Source: an uncultured Spirochaetota bacterium (GTDB lineage Bacteria; Spirochaetota; Brevinematia; Brevinematales; JAOACQ01). From it: a stretch of 64,000 nucleotides of DNA. This document shows positions 49,513-58,632 of the stretch, piece after piece. A program made the translations under genes and the position numbers. Positions within the stretch are counted from its first letter, which is position 1. Each line of letters starts with the position of its first letter. The notes below the pieces were generated by a model. It was not told the DNA's origin, ran no database searches, and saw nothing but the letters and a program-made list of their open reading frames with translations. The stretch is taken from the NCBI GenBank assembly GCA_963796325.1, contig CAWCLF010000001.1:404928-468927 (forward strand). Reading direction: 5' to 3'.

Positions 49513-50247
49513 ATGATTGAAACAAATAATATATATAATATTGGGGCTCTTGAATTATTAAAACAGATAGATGACAATTCTATCGATTTAATATTCACTG
49601 ATCCCCCCTATATTATTTCAAGAAATACAGGTTTTAAAGCCTGTGGCCCTAAAGGAGTAGAACGCTTTAGGATCAGTATGGACTTCGGCCATTGGGACAA
49701 TCTCTCCATGAAAGAACATACAAAATTAATGAAAGCAGCAATAAAAGAATATTACAGAGTATTAAAAAAAAGCGGAACTTGCATTATCTGGTACGATTTA
49801 TATAAAATTGGGGTTTTAAAAGACTGGATAGAAGCTGCTGGGTTCAAGCAGGTTCGATTTATCGAATGGATAAAGACAAATCCTGTACCGATAAATAGTA
49901 AAACCAATTACCTTACTAATAGCAGAGAAGTTGCTTTATCCGCTGTAAAAAATGGCAAACCTGTTTTCAATAGCGAATATGATAACGGTGTATATTCAGC
50001 TCCCATTCATCGTGATGGTGGGAAACGACTTCATCCAACTCAAAAACCTCTTGGAATCAGTAAGGATTTAATAAAAAAACATTCCAAAGAGGGTGATATT
50101 GTTTTGGATACTTTTTTTGGAAGTGCGACAACATTTATCGCTGCCATCCAGACTGGACGAAACTATATAGGATGTGAAATAGATAAAAATTATTTTGAAA
50201 TTGGATCAAAACGAATAGAAAAAGAAAAAATTAAATTATATGCATAA
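49513..50247 (+). CDS. beta-class DNA methyltransferase (N6-adenine or N4-cytosine)
   Basis: Motif IV IDLIFTDPPYII precedes motif I VLDTFFGSATTFIAA, and HPTQKP is present. Start taken at the ATG 49513 after AGGA; the track start at 49498 is a TTG. Confidence 0.85.
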   Translation: MIETNNIYNIGALELLKQIDDNSIDLIFTDPPYIISRNTGFKACGPKGVERFRISMDFGHWDNLSMKEHTKLMKAAIKEYYRVLKKSGTCIIWYDLYKIGVLKDWIEAAGFKQVRFIEWIKTNPVPINSKTNYLTNSREVALSAVKNGKPVFNSEYDNGVYSAPIHRDGGKRLHPTQKPLGISKDLIKKHSKEGDIVLDTFFGSATTFIAAIQTGRNYIGCEIDKNYFEIGSKRIEKEKIKLYA

Positions 50248-50396
50248 GCATTATTGTATCAACCAATTAATATTTATTTGCTAAAATATAAAAAAATAAA
50301 ATTATTTTTATTGTAATATAAGGAATTATAAAACTTTTATTTGATGTTATAGTGAAAAGATTTAGTATTTACCTGGCACTAATAATAATTCAGAGC

Positions 50397-50428
50397 GCCC
50401 ATTTGCGTGTATTCGCATTAATTAGCGG
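50397..50428. repeat. right copy of the roughly 30-bp inverted repeat (partner at 40671-40701)
   Basis: gcccatttgcgtgtattcgcattaattagcgg. Confidence 0.75.
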
Positions 50429-50500
50429 ATCGTCCAGATTAATAATGATAATATGACTGCTATATTGACAACAAATTTTGATTTGAGATAAAATTAATAG

Positions 50501-51081
50501 ATGGTCAAAATACAAAGGCGAAATAATATTATCATAAGGAATGAATTTATGGAGATTAAAACGGGTAACGATTTTATTCGAAACAGGAATATCAGGACCA
50601 TGGCGCTGTTGGGAATAGCTGCATCGGTTATATTTCTATTATATTCAATTGAGACGCTTATACAAACGATGATATTAGGGACACCTCCTGACAGTATCGC
50701 CGATGTATTTGAATTATTGAATAAAAATCATTTCCTGGGGCTGATCAGGCTGGATATCCTTACGGTTATAGTCATGCCGGTATATTTCATTGTGTTTTAT
50801 TCGATATCCCGGATTTTAAAAATAGAATATGAAAATGACGACATAAATAATCTCATCATAATATTTCTGATTATCGGTTTCACCTTATTTCTTTCAACAT
50901 CAAATATTTTTCAAATGATGGAATTAAGCCATAGATATAATAATGAGCAAAATGAAATCATAAAGAATAATTTAGTGGTCATAGGAGAATCGTTAAGGGT
51001 ATCGGATATGTGGCATAGCACAGGAACGGTATTAAGCGGAATAATAATTCAAATATGCGCGATATTATATTCAATATTAAT
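50501..51081 (+). pseudogene. multi-TM membrane protein (DUF4386-like?), 5' portion, interrupted by IS1380
   Basis: Hydrophobic helices. The track ORF continues to 51163 only by reading into the IS terminal repeat. Confidence 0.6.
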
Positions 51082-52709
51082 CCTGAATCCGTTAAGTTAT
51101 CGACAAACAACCTTCTCTTGTTCTTTCCGCTTCAATTTTTGGCCAGTTCCTGCTGTATTATAACCAATAGTTGTGAATCATAACAAATTTTCGAAAATTA
51201 AATCTCCCAATAATCCTAAAAGTACATCTTTTAAAAATTTTAGGCGCAAACCCACTCTTTTCTTAAAACGCTAAAAACGGATCCTTTAACTCTTTTTTAA
51301 ACAGTTAGCGTCCCGTATAACTTACGAAATAGAGGCAGACACGGATTATTCCTATATATCTTCAGAGCAAACTTTCTTGCATGGCAGACCAATTTTGCAG
51401 CCATATACATTATATCCTGTATGACGGTTTTGAGCCTTATCCTTTCTTTAGCTTTACTTCCAGGAATACCTTTATACCTTAGCGCATTTTGCCCGACCCA
51501 CCTCAAAAGATTATAGGTAAAACATCCCAGTGACAATACCAAAGAATTTGTTTTAAATTTTCCGCTGGGAAATCTCTCCAATCCAATATCTGACTTAATT
51601 TCCGAATGGAACTGTTCGCTTGTGCCGTGTTCCTCATACAAGCTGATAATTGTATCGGCATCATCCGATAATGATGTCCAGTAAGCTTTTACTTCAATGT
51701 CGGCTAATAGATTTGGATTGCCTTGCTTATCTATCGTCCTTTCAATAACCTCATAAACCAGTTTTATTTCTTCTTTCAGCCCAACGTCCGCTCTTAACTT
51801 ATCCCGATATACCGTTTTCCCTTCCCGTGGATTTTCAACTGACGCTGTTTCCGATTTTTCTATTCTTTCCAGATAATCAAGCGGGCTCTCTCTTCTTAAA
51901 TTTCTTTTGATTATGAAATCAACTTTTTCATCTTCCGCACAGATTTTTATCGTATCATTGCTGTCATTCCCGCTGTCTACTCTCACAAGTATTTTACGTT
52001 CAAATATTTTCGCATTTTGTATTGCCTTGCGGATAAATTCTCCTTTATCACATTGGGAGTGACTTTTACCTTCACGCAGCTCAACGCCAACAATCCATCC
52101 TTCTGCTTTCCCAAAATACGCAAATATTGGTGCATAGCCGTAATACCCTGCGTAAGTCCTTGAGACTCCTTCCTTTTTTGTCTGTTCATTATTGAATGGT
52201 GATACATCTATATCCAGAGGAACTAAATCCCTGATTGTCGGAGTTAAGCGGCCTTTCATCCTTTTTACCAGCCTTATGCTTTCATCGCTTATTTTATCGG
52301 GCCAGCTTTCAGGGGCCATATCCATTCGCTGTCTCAAATTTTCCTCCGATGGCACGGTCGGTATATCCATCATCGCTTTGAAAAATCTATCATTTCGATA
52401 TTGCTCTATTTTTGCGAATTCTGTTTTGCCCATAGCAAGCAGACTTGTATAGCTCTTTACGATATCTATATCTTTAATCTGCGGCCTTTTTCCCGAACTT
52501 TCCAATCTTTTATCAAGATTTGATTTGCGTATTAAAGAACCTATCAGTGTCAGTCCGCTTTCAGCCGCAATTAGCTCGTCTGTTTCCTCCAGGTCAAAAC
52601 GGATAATTGTTTTCATTCCTTCACCCTCTGGGTGAACCTTATTAGGTCCATAACCCTATATATTGTAAAGGGTTAATCTATATTTTTCTAATTAGTTAAC
52701 GGATTCAGG
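51082..52709 (-). mobile_element. IS1380-family insertion sequence (1628 bp), intact
   Basis: A 14-bp perfect terminal IR cctgaatccgttaa (51082-51095; inverted at 52696-52709). 5-bp direct repeat TTAAT at 51077-51081 and 52710-52714. Confidence 0.85.
51297..52616 (-). CDS. IS1380-family DDE transposase
   Basis: 439 aa. N-terminus …DELIAAESGLTLIGSLI… and YAGYYGYAPIFAY…, the length and a single ORF filling the element all fit the IS1380 family. Confidence 0.75.
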   Translation of the reverse strand: MKTIIRFDLEETDELIAAESGLTLIGSLIRKSNLDKRLESSGKRPQIKDIDIVKSYTSLLAMGKTEFAKIEQYRNDRFFKAMMDIPTVPSEENLRQRMDMAPESWPDKISDESIRLVKRMKGRLTPTIRDLVPLDIDVSPFNNEQTKKEGVSRTYAGYYGYAPIFAYFGKAEGWIVGVELREGKSHSQCDKGEFIRKAIQNAKIFERKILVRVDSGNDSNDTIKICAEDEKVDFIIKRNLRRESPLDYLERIEKSETASVENPREGKTVYRDKLRADVGLKEEIKLVYEVIERTIDKQGNPNLLADIEVKAYWTSLSDDADTIISLYEEHGTSEQFHSEIKSDIGLERFPSGKFKTNSLVLSLGCFTYNLLRWVGQNALRYKGIPGSKAKERIRLKTVIQDIMYMAAKLVCHARKFALKIYRNNPCLPLFRKLYGTLTV

Positions 52710-52919
52710 TTAATGATTAAAGGCAAACTGTTTAAAAAAATCACGGGGATCGTCGGTATTGTCGCATTTTCCCTGGACTTAATTCATATTTTCGCCAGTT
52801 TTTCTTCCGTAAAAATTGCCTCCTATATAATGGTAATTGCCGGTACGTTATATTTAGCATGGTTTCCCTTACTGATAATTGATTTCAGCAGAATAAGAAA
52901 ACCTTTAACGGAAAAGTAA
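52710..52919 (+). pseudogene. membrane protein, 3' portion (continuation of 50501..51081)
   Basis: In frame with the 5' part after removing the IS and one TTAAT copy (…YSIL|MIKGKLFKKITGIVGIVAF…). Two further TM helices. Confidence 0.6.
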
Positions 52920-53183
52920 AGCGGGATGCTGATGCTGAGGCATACTGCCCAGCGCCTGCAAATGTCGTAAAAAATATTGTTCATTCATATACTTATAACC
53001 CATTAATCACCTCTCCGAATGTATTCGTAGAGTATGACCCATTTTCAGGTATTTTTAAACAGATAGGAATTTTAGATTGTAAAATACGTTTTACCATGGG
53101 GGTAAACCTCCTTTCAGTTTTTGCTTGTCTGATTGGTCGGTTACCCTTAATTATTACTGAAGTTGTTAATGCACCTTTAGGCT

Positions 53184-53207
53184 AAAAGCGGAAAATTATT
53201 TCCGGTG
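53184..53207. repeat. 24-nt repeat, right (inverted) copy of 45474-45497
   Basis: aaaagcggaaaattatttccggtg. Confidence 0.7.
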
Positions 53208-53291
53208 GAAAGAGGAATTATAACACCGGAGCAGTAATAGACTGAAAATAAAAAAGATATACAAAAATATGTTTTCAAAGGGGGTTTCTTT

Positions 53292-54092
53292 ATGATTGAA
53301 GACCATATTGCTGATGATAAAGTTAAAAGATTAATCTATAAAACTGTTAATAATGTTTCATTAAAAATGCTTATGAGTTTCCCCAATGGTAATAATCATA
53401 AAAGATCAATTATTCTGTTTGTTCATGGTGGAGGATGGGTCAGAGGTAAACCAGAATGGTTCTTAGAAGAATGTAAGCATTTTAACGATATTGGATTTAT
53501 AACTTTTTCTGAAGAATATCGATTAGTAAATGTAAATTCCAAATCACCTGCTGATGGAATATCTGATGTAAAAGACGCTATTAAGTGGATTAGAAATAAT
53601 TCAGTAGAATTTGGTACCGACCCAAATCAAATTGTTGTTGTTGGTGCATCTGCAGGTGGGCATCTCGCAGCTTGTTCGGCAATGATTATAAATGATGAAG
53701 AAAAAAATGAATTTGTTAACTCAGTTCCAAATGCATTGATACTTTGGTCATCTTGTGTTAATCCTGCTGTTGATAACTGGTTTTTGAGTCTTCTTCCAAA
53801 TAATTCAAGCCCGCTTTCTAAAGAGATAAAAGCTAAAGATTACTCACCATATCATCATATTAAATCAGGGTTACCTCCAATGATATTATTCCATGGAACA
53901 AATGATCAAATTGTTCCATATAATACGGCAAAGGATTTCACTGAAGAAATGCAGCAAATGGGAAATCAGTGCAAATTGTATACTTATGAAAAAAGAGGCC
54001 ATAATTTTTATTCGAACCCTGCAGATTATAATGATGTTTTAAAGAAAATGGATGAATTTATTACAAATGTTTTCAATAAAACCAATATTTAG
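53292..54092 (+). CDS. alpha/beta-hydrolase, HSL-type carboxylesterase/lipase
   Basis: Oxyanion HGGGW, nucleophile elbow GASAGG, and a late HGTNDQIV/…GH pattern. Confidence 0.8.
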   Translation: MIEDHIADDKVKRLIYKTVNNVSLKMLMSFPNGNNHKRSIILFVHGGGWVRGKPEWFLEECKHFNDIGFITFSEEYRLVNVNSKSPADGISDVKDAIKWIRNNSVEFGTDPNQIVVVGASAGGHLAACSAMIINDEEKNEFVNSVPNALILWSSCVNPAVDNWFLSLLPNNSSPLSKEIKAKDYSPYHHIKSGLPPMILFHGTNDQIVPYNTAKDFTEEMQQMGNQCKLYTYEKRGHNFYSNPADYNDVLKKMDEFITNVFNKTNI

Positions 54093-54123
54093 CTAATCCG
54101 CTCATCAAAGAAATAATCCGTAG

Positions 54124-54471
54124 TTAAGCTTCACCATCCACTTTCTTCACCTTCGGCTTGGGTCCTCTCTTTGCTCCAGGCTTCTTGGGAGCAATTGCCT
54201 TCTTTGCCGCAGCTTTCCTGCCTGCAGCTTTCACGGTCTTTTTAGCGGTTCTCTTGCCCCTGGCCTTCACAACCTCATTGTAAGGTTTCTCTGAAAGAGT
54301 AAACATCTCTTCTATTCGTGATTTCTTAATTAAGATGCTTCTGCCTTTTTTTACAACAGGGGTGTTGTATTCTCTAAGCATATTCTTAAACGTGAAAATG
54401 CTGACGCCAATGCTCTTGGCGGCCGCCTTTAAATCAAGCAGATCAGATTCTAATATTTTACCCTCATCCAT
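54124..54471 (-). CDS. excisionase-family HTH DNA-binding protein with a histone-H1-like Lys/Ala/Pro-rich tail
   Basis: LLDLKAAAKSIGVSIFTFKNMLREYNTPVVKKGRSILIKKSRIEEMF is an HTH_17-like pattern. The C-terminal 45 aa read KRTAKKTVKAAGRKAAAKKAIAPKKPGAKRGPKPKVKK. Confidence 0.6.
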   Translation of the reverse strand: MDEGKILESDLLDLKAAAKSIGVSIFTFKNMLREYNTPVVKKGRSILIKKSRIEEMFTLSEKPYNEVVKARGKRTAKKTVKAAGRKAAAKKAIAPKKPGAKRGPKPKVKKVDGEA

Positions 54472-54663
54472 TTAAAAAACTCCCATTATTATTTTTAATT
54501 AATTATCGAAAGATATGAGGGAAAAATGAAAGAAAGGGATTTTCTAAGCTTCGGTGGCTTCGCCTGTGCCGCACCGTTAAACGCCATTTTTATTATTTGA
54601 CATTTAAGCATAATGGAATATATATTATTAGCATAGAATAATATTTATTCATATGAGGTGAAT

Positions 54664-54909
54664 ATGCCTAAAACAATTACATTAAGAATTGATGAACCCT
54701 TACTGGAACGATTCAAAAAACATGCAGAAATTGAAAATCGTTCCTTATCTAATTTCATAGAAACTGCAACATTGAAATACTTAGAGGAAATCGAATCGGC
54801 TGATGATTTTGAAATGGAGGACATGACAAATAATAATAATCTTATGTCTCGATTAAAAAAAGGAAGCGATGATGCCGCAAAAAAAAGAGGAAGATTCGTT
54901 GCGGTTTAA
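54664..54909 (+). CDS. ribbon-helix-helix (CopG/RelB-type) antitoxin
   Basis: ITLRIDEPLLERFKKHAEIENRSLSNFIETA is the RHH pattern. ATG follows GAGGTG. Overlaps the toxin gene. Confidence 0.75.
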   Translation: MPKTITLRIDEPLLERFKKHAEIENRSLSNFIETATLKYLEEIESADDFEMEDMTNNNNLMSRLKKGSDDAAKKRGRFVAV

Positions 54910-55174
54910 AATATTTGAGACTGATCAATTCAATGAGGATATTAATCAAATAAAAGGGAAGAAGCAGGAAAAGTTTTATTTAAAGGTTAAAAATTATGTA
55001 TATCCGCAAATCATGGAAAATCCATACTATGGCCTGAACATCAAAAAATTAAAGAATTACAAACCTGAAACCTGGAGATATAGAATTGGTGATTATAGAT
55101 TATTTTATGAAATCAATGATGATGAAAAAATAATATCAATGATAGCTTTTGATATAAGACAGGATGCATATTAA
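54869..55174 (+). CDS. RelE/ParE-family type II toxin
   Basis: C-terminus WRYRIGDYRLFYEINDDEKIISMIAFDIRQDAY is the classical RelE/ParE signature. The real start may be the TTG at 54899 (LRFKIFETDQF). Confidence 0.8.
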   Translation: MMPQKKEEDSLRFKIFETDQFNEDINQIKGKKQEKFYLKVKNYVYPQIMENPYYGLNIKKLKNYKPETWRYRIGDYRLFYEINDDEKIISMIAFDIRQDAY

Positions 55175-55271
55175 ATCTGGCAGGCACTTAATTCCTCGGG
55201 TTCGCCCTGAGGGAGGTGTCGCCGCTGATACAGGGATGCCGGGCATACGGTAAAAATTAATGGAGTAAAAA

Positions 55272-55673
55272 ATGACAAATTGTTTTGTAAATACAATTGT
55301 GTTTGTAAAAGATATCGACAAATCGAAACAGTTCTATTCCGAAGTTTTAGGTTTAAAAATAATCCGGGATTATGATACTATCGTATTTTTCGAAAACCAT
55401 TTTGTTCTGCATTCTGCAGTCAGCATAATAAAAACAGTATTTAAAAGGAATTATCCTTTTTCTAAAATTAAGCAGGGTAAAAAGAATATCCTTATATATT
55501 TTGAAACGGATCAATTGGACGAATGCTTTAGTAAAATAAAAATGCAGGATGTCAGGTTTATTCATGAAATTGAAAAACAGGCCTGGGGTCAAAAAGTTTT
55601 CAGGTTTTACGACCCTGACGGACATATTGTTGAAATCGGCGAACAGTTCAGGGTAAAAGAGTTTACTGCATAG
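55272..55673 (+). CDS. VOC-family (glyoxalase/bleomycin-resistance fold) protein
   Basis: 133 aa. …VKDIDKSKQFYSEVLGLKI… and …FRFYDPDGHIVEIGE are typical of paired beta-alpha-beta-beta-beta modules. Confidence 0.8.
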   Translation: MTNCFVNTIVFVKDIDKSKQFYSEVLGLKIIRDYDTIVFFENHFVLHSAVSIIKTVFKRNYPFSKIKQGKKNILIYFETDQLDECFSKIKMQDVRFIHEIEKQAWGQKVFRFYDPDGHIVEIGEQFRVKEFTA

Positions 55674-55831
55674 CGATAAAATATATATGATTTTTCAGGC
55701 TGTGGTCGACTTTTCACAATTTTCACGTACAAATTCAAGCGCTAAATTCAGACCATTTTCCCAAACTATGGTATCTTTTCTTGATTTTATGGATTTTATG
55801 CCAAGATAATTTTCTCCACTTTCTAGAGGTA

Positions 55832-57169
55832 TTATGCGGCATGATTCTTCGATTTTTTGTTTTTATACATATTTTTATCAGCTTCATCGAGAGTTTTTTT
55901 AATGTTTTCACTGCCGTAATTGGAAAGTCTGGATACTCCGAAAGACAGCGAAAAATCAGTATATTTGTTAAATGAATACCTGGATACCGCTTCATTGATC
56001 CTCGGGATTACAGTTGAATTTATTTCATTCAAACCTCCGGATAATACCATTAGAACAAATTCATCTCCGCCCATCCTTGCGATAACGTCCCATTCTCTGA
56101 GCTCTCTTTTGAGCAAATCCGCAATTCCGACAAGAATTTTGTCGCCTTCAGCATGTCCGAATTTATCATTGAACTCTTTGAAATTATTAATATCAATATA
56201 TATTAAAAAAGAATCGAGGCCATGCCTGTAAGCGAATTTATAATGCTTTTTGATTAATTTAAATAGTCCCCTTCTGTTATAAAGCTGTGTAAGCGGATCG
56301 GTATCAGCTTTTTCCTTCAATCTAAACATGGCTGTGTGGTGGCGCAGGGCTTGCAATAAATCCTTTTTTTTCAATTCTGCCAGAATGAAAGATTCCAGCA
56401 TTTTACGTCTGCTGATATCCCGGATATTGCATTGAATCACCTTTTTATAATTTTCCTGATAAGTATTACTGACAAATTCTACCTGAAGAACATCTCCATT
56501 CTTGTTCATAAGGGGGAGGTTTTCGTAATGAACATAAGCATGCTTTTTAAGCTCTTCAAATTTCGCTTTATTTTCAGCAATATCTTTGAATGGGCTGATT
56601 TCCCAGAGATATTTGCCGATAAGCTCGGTATAAGTGTATCCTGTCAGCTCCATCAGATATGGATTAACATCAATTATCGCCCCGGTGTCGCTGTCGAGGA
56701 TAAGAATACCGTCACGGGCTGCTTCAAAAAGCCGCCTGTAACGGATTTCGGAATCGACCAGGGATTGAGATCTTTTCTTTATTACCTCGTTAACCTTGTA
56801 GAGCTTGAAGGCGTTTTTGACAGCGTTGTAAACTATATTTTCAATCCCGGACTTCTCAATAATACCGTATGAGGCGATCTTATCGATTTTTTTAATCAAA
56901 TCCGCATCATCCGGCCCTGCTAAAAATATGAGGGGTATTTTATGCCTGGAAAGGATTTTTTTTGCAGCCAGTGGGCCGTCAATCCCGCTTCCGAGATCTA
57001 AATCCATTAAAATCAAATCAATATTTTTATCTCTTCCGGTAATTTCAATGGAATTTTCTCCGCTTATTGCGGTAATCACCCTGTACCCCTTATTTTCCAG
57101 TTCTTTGGTCAGCGACAGCCTGATCAAAGGATCATCGTCGACAACTAAAATCCTTTTTAACTTATTCAT
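55832..57169 (-). CDS. response regulator receiver-PAS-GGDEF diguanylate cyclase
   Basis: REC (ILVVDDDPLIR…DLILMDLDL), PAS (RYRRLFEAARDGILILD…), and GGDEF (DPLTQLYNRRG…ARMGGDEFVLM). Confidence 0.9.
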   Translation of the reverse strand: MNKLKRILVVDDDPLIRLSLTKELENKGYRVITAISGENSIEITGRDKNIDLILMDLDLGSGIDGPLAAKKILSRHKIPLIFLAGPDDADLIKKIDKIASYGIIEKSGIENIVYNAVKNAFKLYKVNEVIKKRSQSLVDSEIRYRRLFEAARDGILILDSDTGAIIDVNPYLMELTGYTYTELIGKYLWEISPFKDIAENKAKFEELKKHAYVHYENLPLMNKNGDVLQVEFVSNTYQENYKKVIQCNIRDISRRKMLESFILAELKKKDLLQALRHHTAMFRLKEKADTDPLTQLYNRRGLFKLIKKHYKFAYRHGLDSFLIYIDINNFKEFNDKFGHAEGDKILVGIADLLKRELREWDVIARMGGDEFVLMVLSGGLNEINSTVIPRINEAVSRYSFNKYTDFSLSFGVSRLSNYGSENIKKTLDEADKNMYKNKKSKNHAA

Positions 57170-57458
57170 AAAATCTTCTTTTTCATTTTACATATAAAAT
57201 ATAATAAAATATTATTAAAATAAATTTAATTTTACATTAATATGTTTCAAAGGTTTTAAAGTCAATGTAGTTAAAACAAAATTCGCGGATCGTATCCCTC
57301 CTGCCGATCGGAATTAAAATGCCTCTTTTCAACTACGAATACATCGGGAAAAACAGCATCACGACATTAGAGAAATTCGTATTTTTGCGCCGATTTTTTT
57401 TAATGTCAAGTCATACATAGGACTGTTAACTTTAACTAAAATTGCTCTTGGCAAGTCC

Positions 57459-58019
57459 TCAACCCAATAAAATATGCTTCTGGTATATGGGCTGACAAGC
57501 GCTCCTATAAATGGATCTGCCATTTTGAGTTAATTTTAAACCGTCCCAGGTAATATTATTGTATATTGCGATTTTATTATCAAAATCAACCTTCAATGAT
57601 GAGGTATAGCCTTTTGTGTTGGTTTTTCGAATAACTTCGAGACTTTTTAACTGGCTTTCCAGAACCGACCCGTTTTTCAAAGAGACCAGCATATGAGAAT
57701 CAAAATTGGAGTAATTTGACGGCATTTTATCTTTGCCGTTTGGATCGATTATCTGGTAATAAACCATTACTGAATCGGGATCGGCCGGATCGGGAATAAT
57801 CCGGGAAACGGTTCTTAAATCATAGTCTGTACCGGATATAGTAAAGATATAATCCAGGGATTCTTTATCGGCAATGTTGCATTTTGACGGTTTTAAAGGA
57901 GGATATATTACTTTACCTCCCATGGATAACATTTTGTCAAAAGAGATTGATAGCAATAATCCGACGAGCAGAACAGCGGCTGTTTGTTTTACAATCATTT
58001 TTATTCTCTTTATCTTCAT
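57459..58019 (-). CDS. hypothetical exported protein
   Basis: 186-aa ORF with an N-terminal signal/anchor. No family recognised. Confidence 0.45.
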   Translation of the reverse strand: MKIKRIKMIVKQTAAVLLVGLLLSISFDKMLSMGGKVIYPPLKPSKCNIADKESLDYIFTISGTDYDLRTVSRIIPDPADPDSVMVYYQIIDPNGKDKMPSNYSNFDSHMLVSLKNGSVLESQLKSLEVIRKTNTKGYTSSLKVDFDNKIAIYNNITWDGLKLTQNGRSIYRSACQPIYQKHILLG

Positions 58020-58632
58020 ACAGTTAAATATAACACCGTTTTTTGAATTATCAATTATTTGCTGCGTAAATTTAAATATTTTGTTGACAGCTATTGCTGA
58101 TTTTTAATAAAATTTAATACCTGATAAAAATAGAAAATGGTGGTCGGCGGGTGGATGACATTGTCCAGCACGATGAAGACGCCTTTTTCTCGATAGCTTT
58201 GTCGCCCGGTATCACCAGCGGTGATATAATTCCTCTGGAATATTGAAAAATCTTCGAGATAAGTTACAATAATGGAAATCTTGAATAATATTGGTTGTAA
58301 AATGAAATTTAATCCTGTAAATCTCTTAATAGGCTTGATAGTCGGCTGGTTCGTTGCTTCACTTTTGCAGGCTGCCGGTTATGCCGTTATATTCGGCGGA
58401 TATTCGATCGGGGCATTTATCCGGATTATGAATAATAAATCAAAATGATTTATTGTTCCCGTTGCAAAAAGATGATGCAGCATCTAAAATACTCGATTGG
58501 ACAAAAGGAGGAACGACAGCGAGATAAAGTCCATATTCACTGAAAACGGCTGGAAATAGGATGCGCTCAACTCATCCGAAATTGTTTCAGGGCCATACTT
58601 ATTAAATATCATTTAATATTTTATTTAATTAA

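Noticed and set aside
52993-53097. 34-codon minus-strand ORF with a strong AAGGAGG RBS (MVKRILQSKIPICLKIPENGSYSTNTFGEVINGL)
   Set aside because: It is too short, and the sequence is not recognisable. It is probably the decapitated 5' end of a gene or IS associated with the 53184 repeat.
58130-58290. Minus-strand open frame without a start codon (…TAGDTGRQSYREKGVFIVLDNVIHPPTT…)
   Set aside because: It looks at best like a C-terminal gene remnant. It has no start and no recognisable domain.
58272-58448. 58-codon hydrophobic small ORF (MEILNNIGCKMKFNPVNLLIGLIVGWFVASLLQAAGYAVIFGGYSIGAFIRIMNNKSK)
   Set aside because: No Shine-Dalgarno precedes either candidate ATG and no family was recognised. 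It is plausible as a small membrane protein but unsupported.
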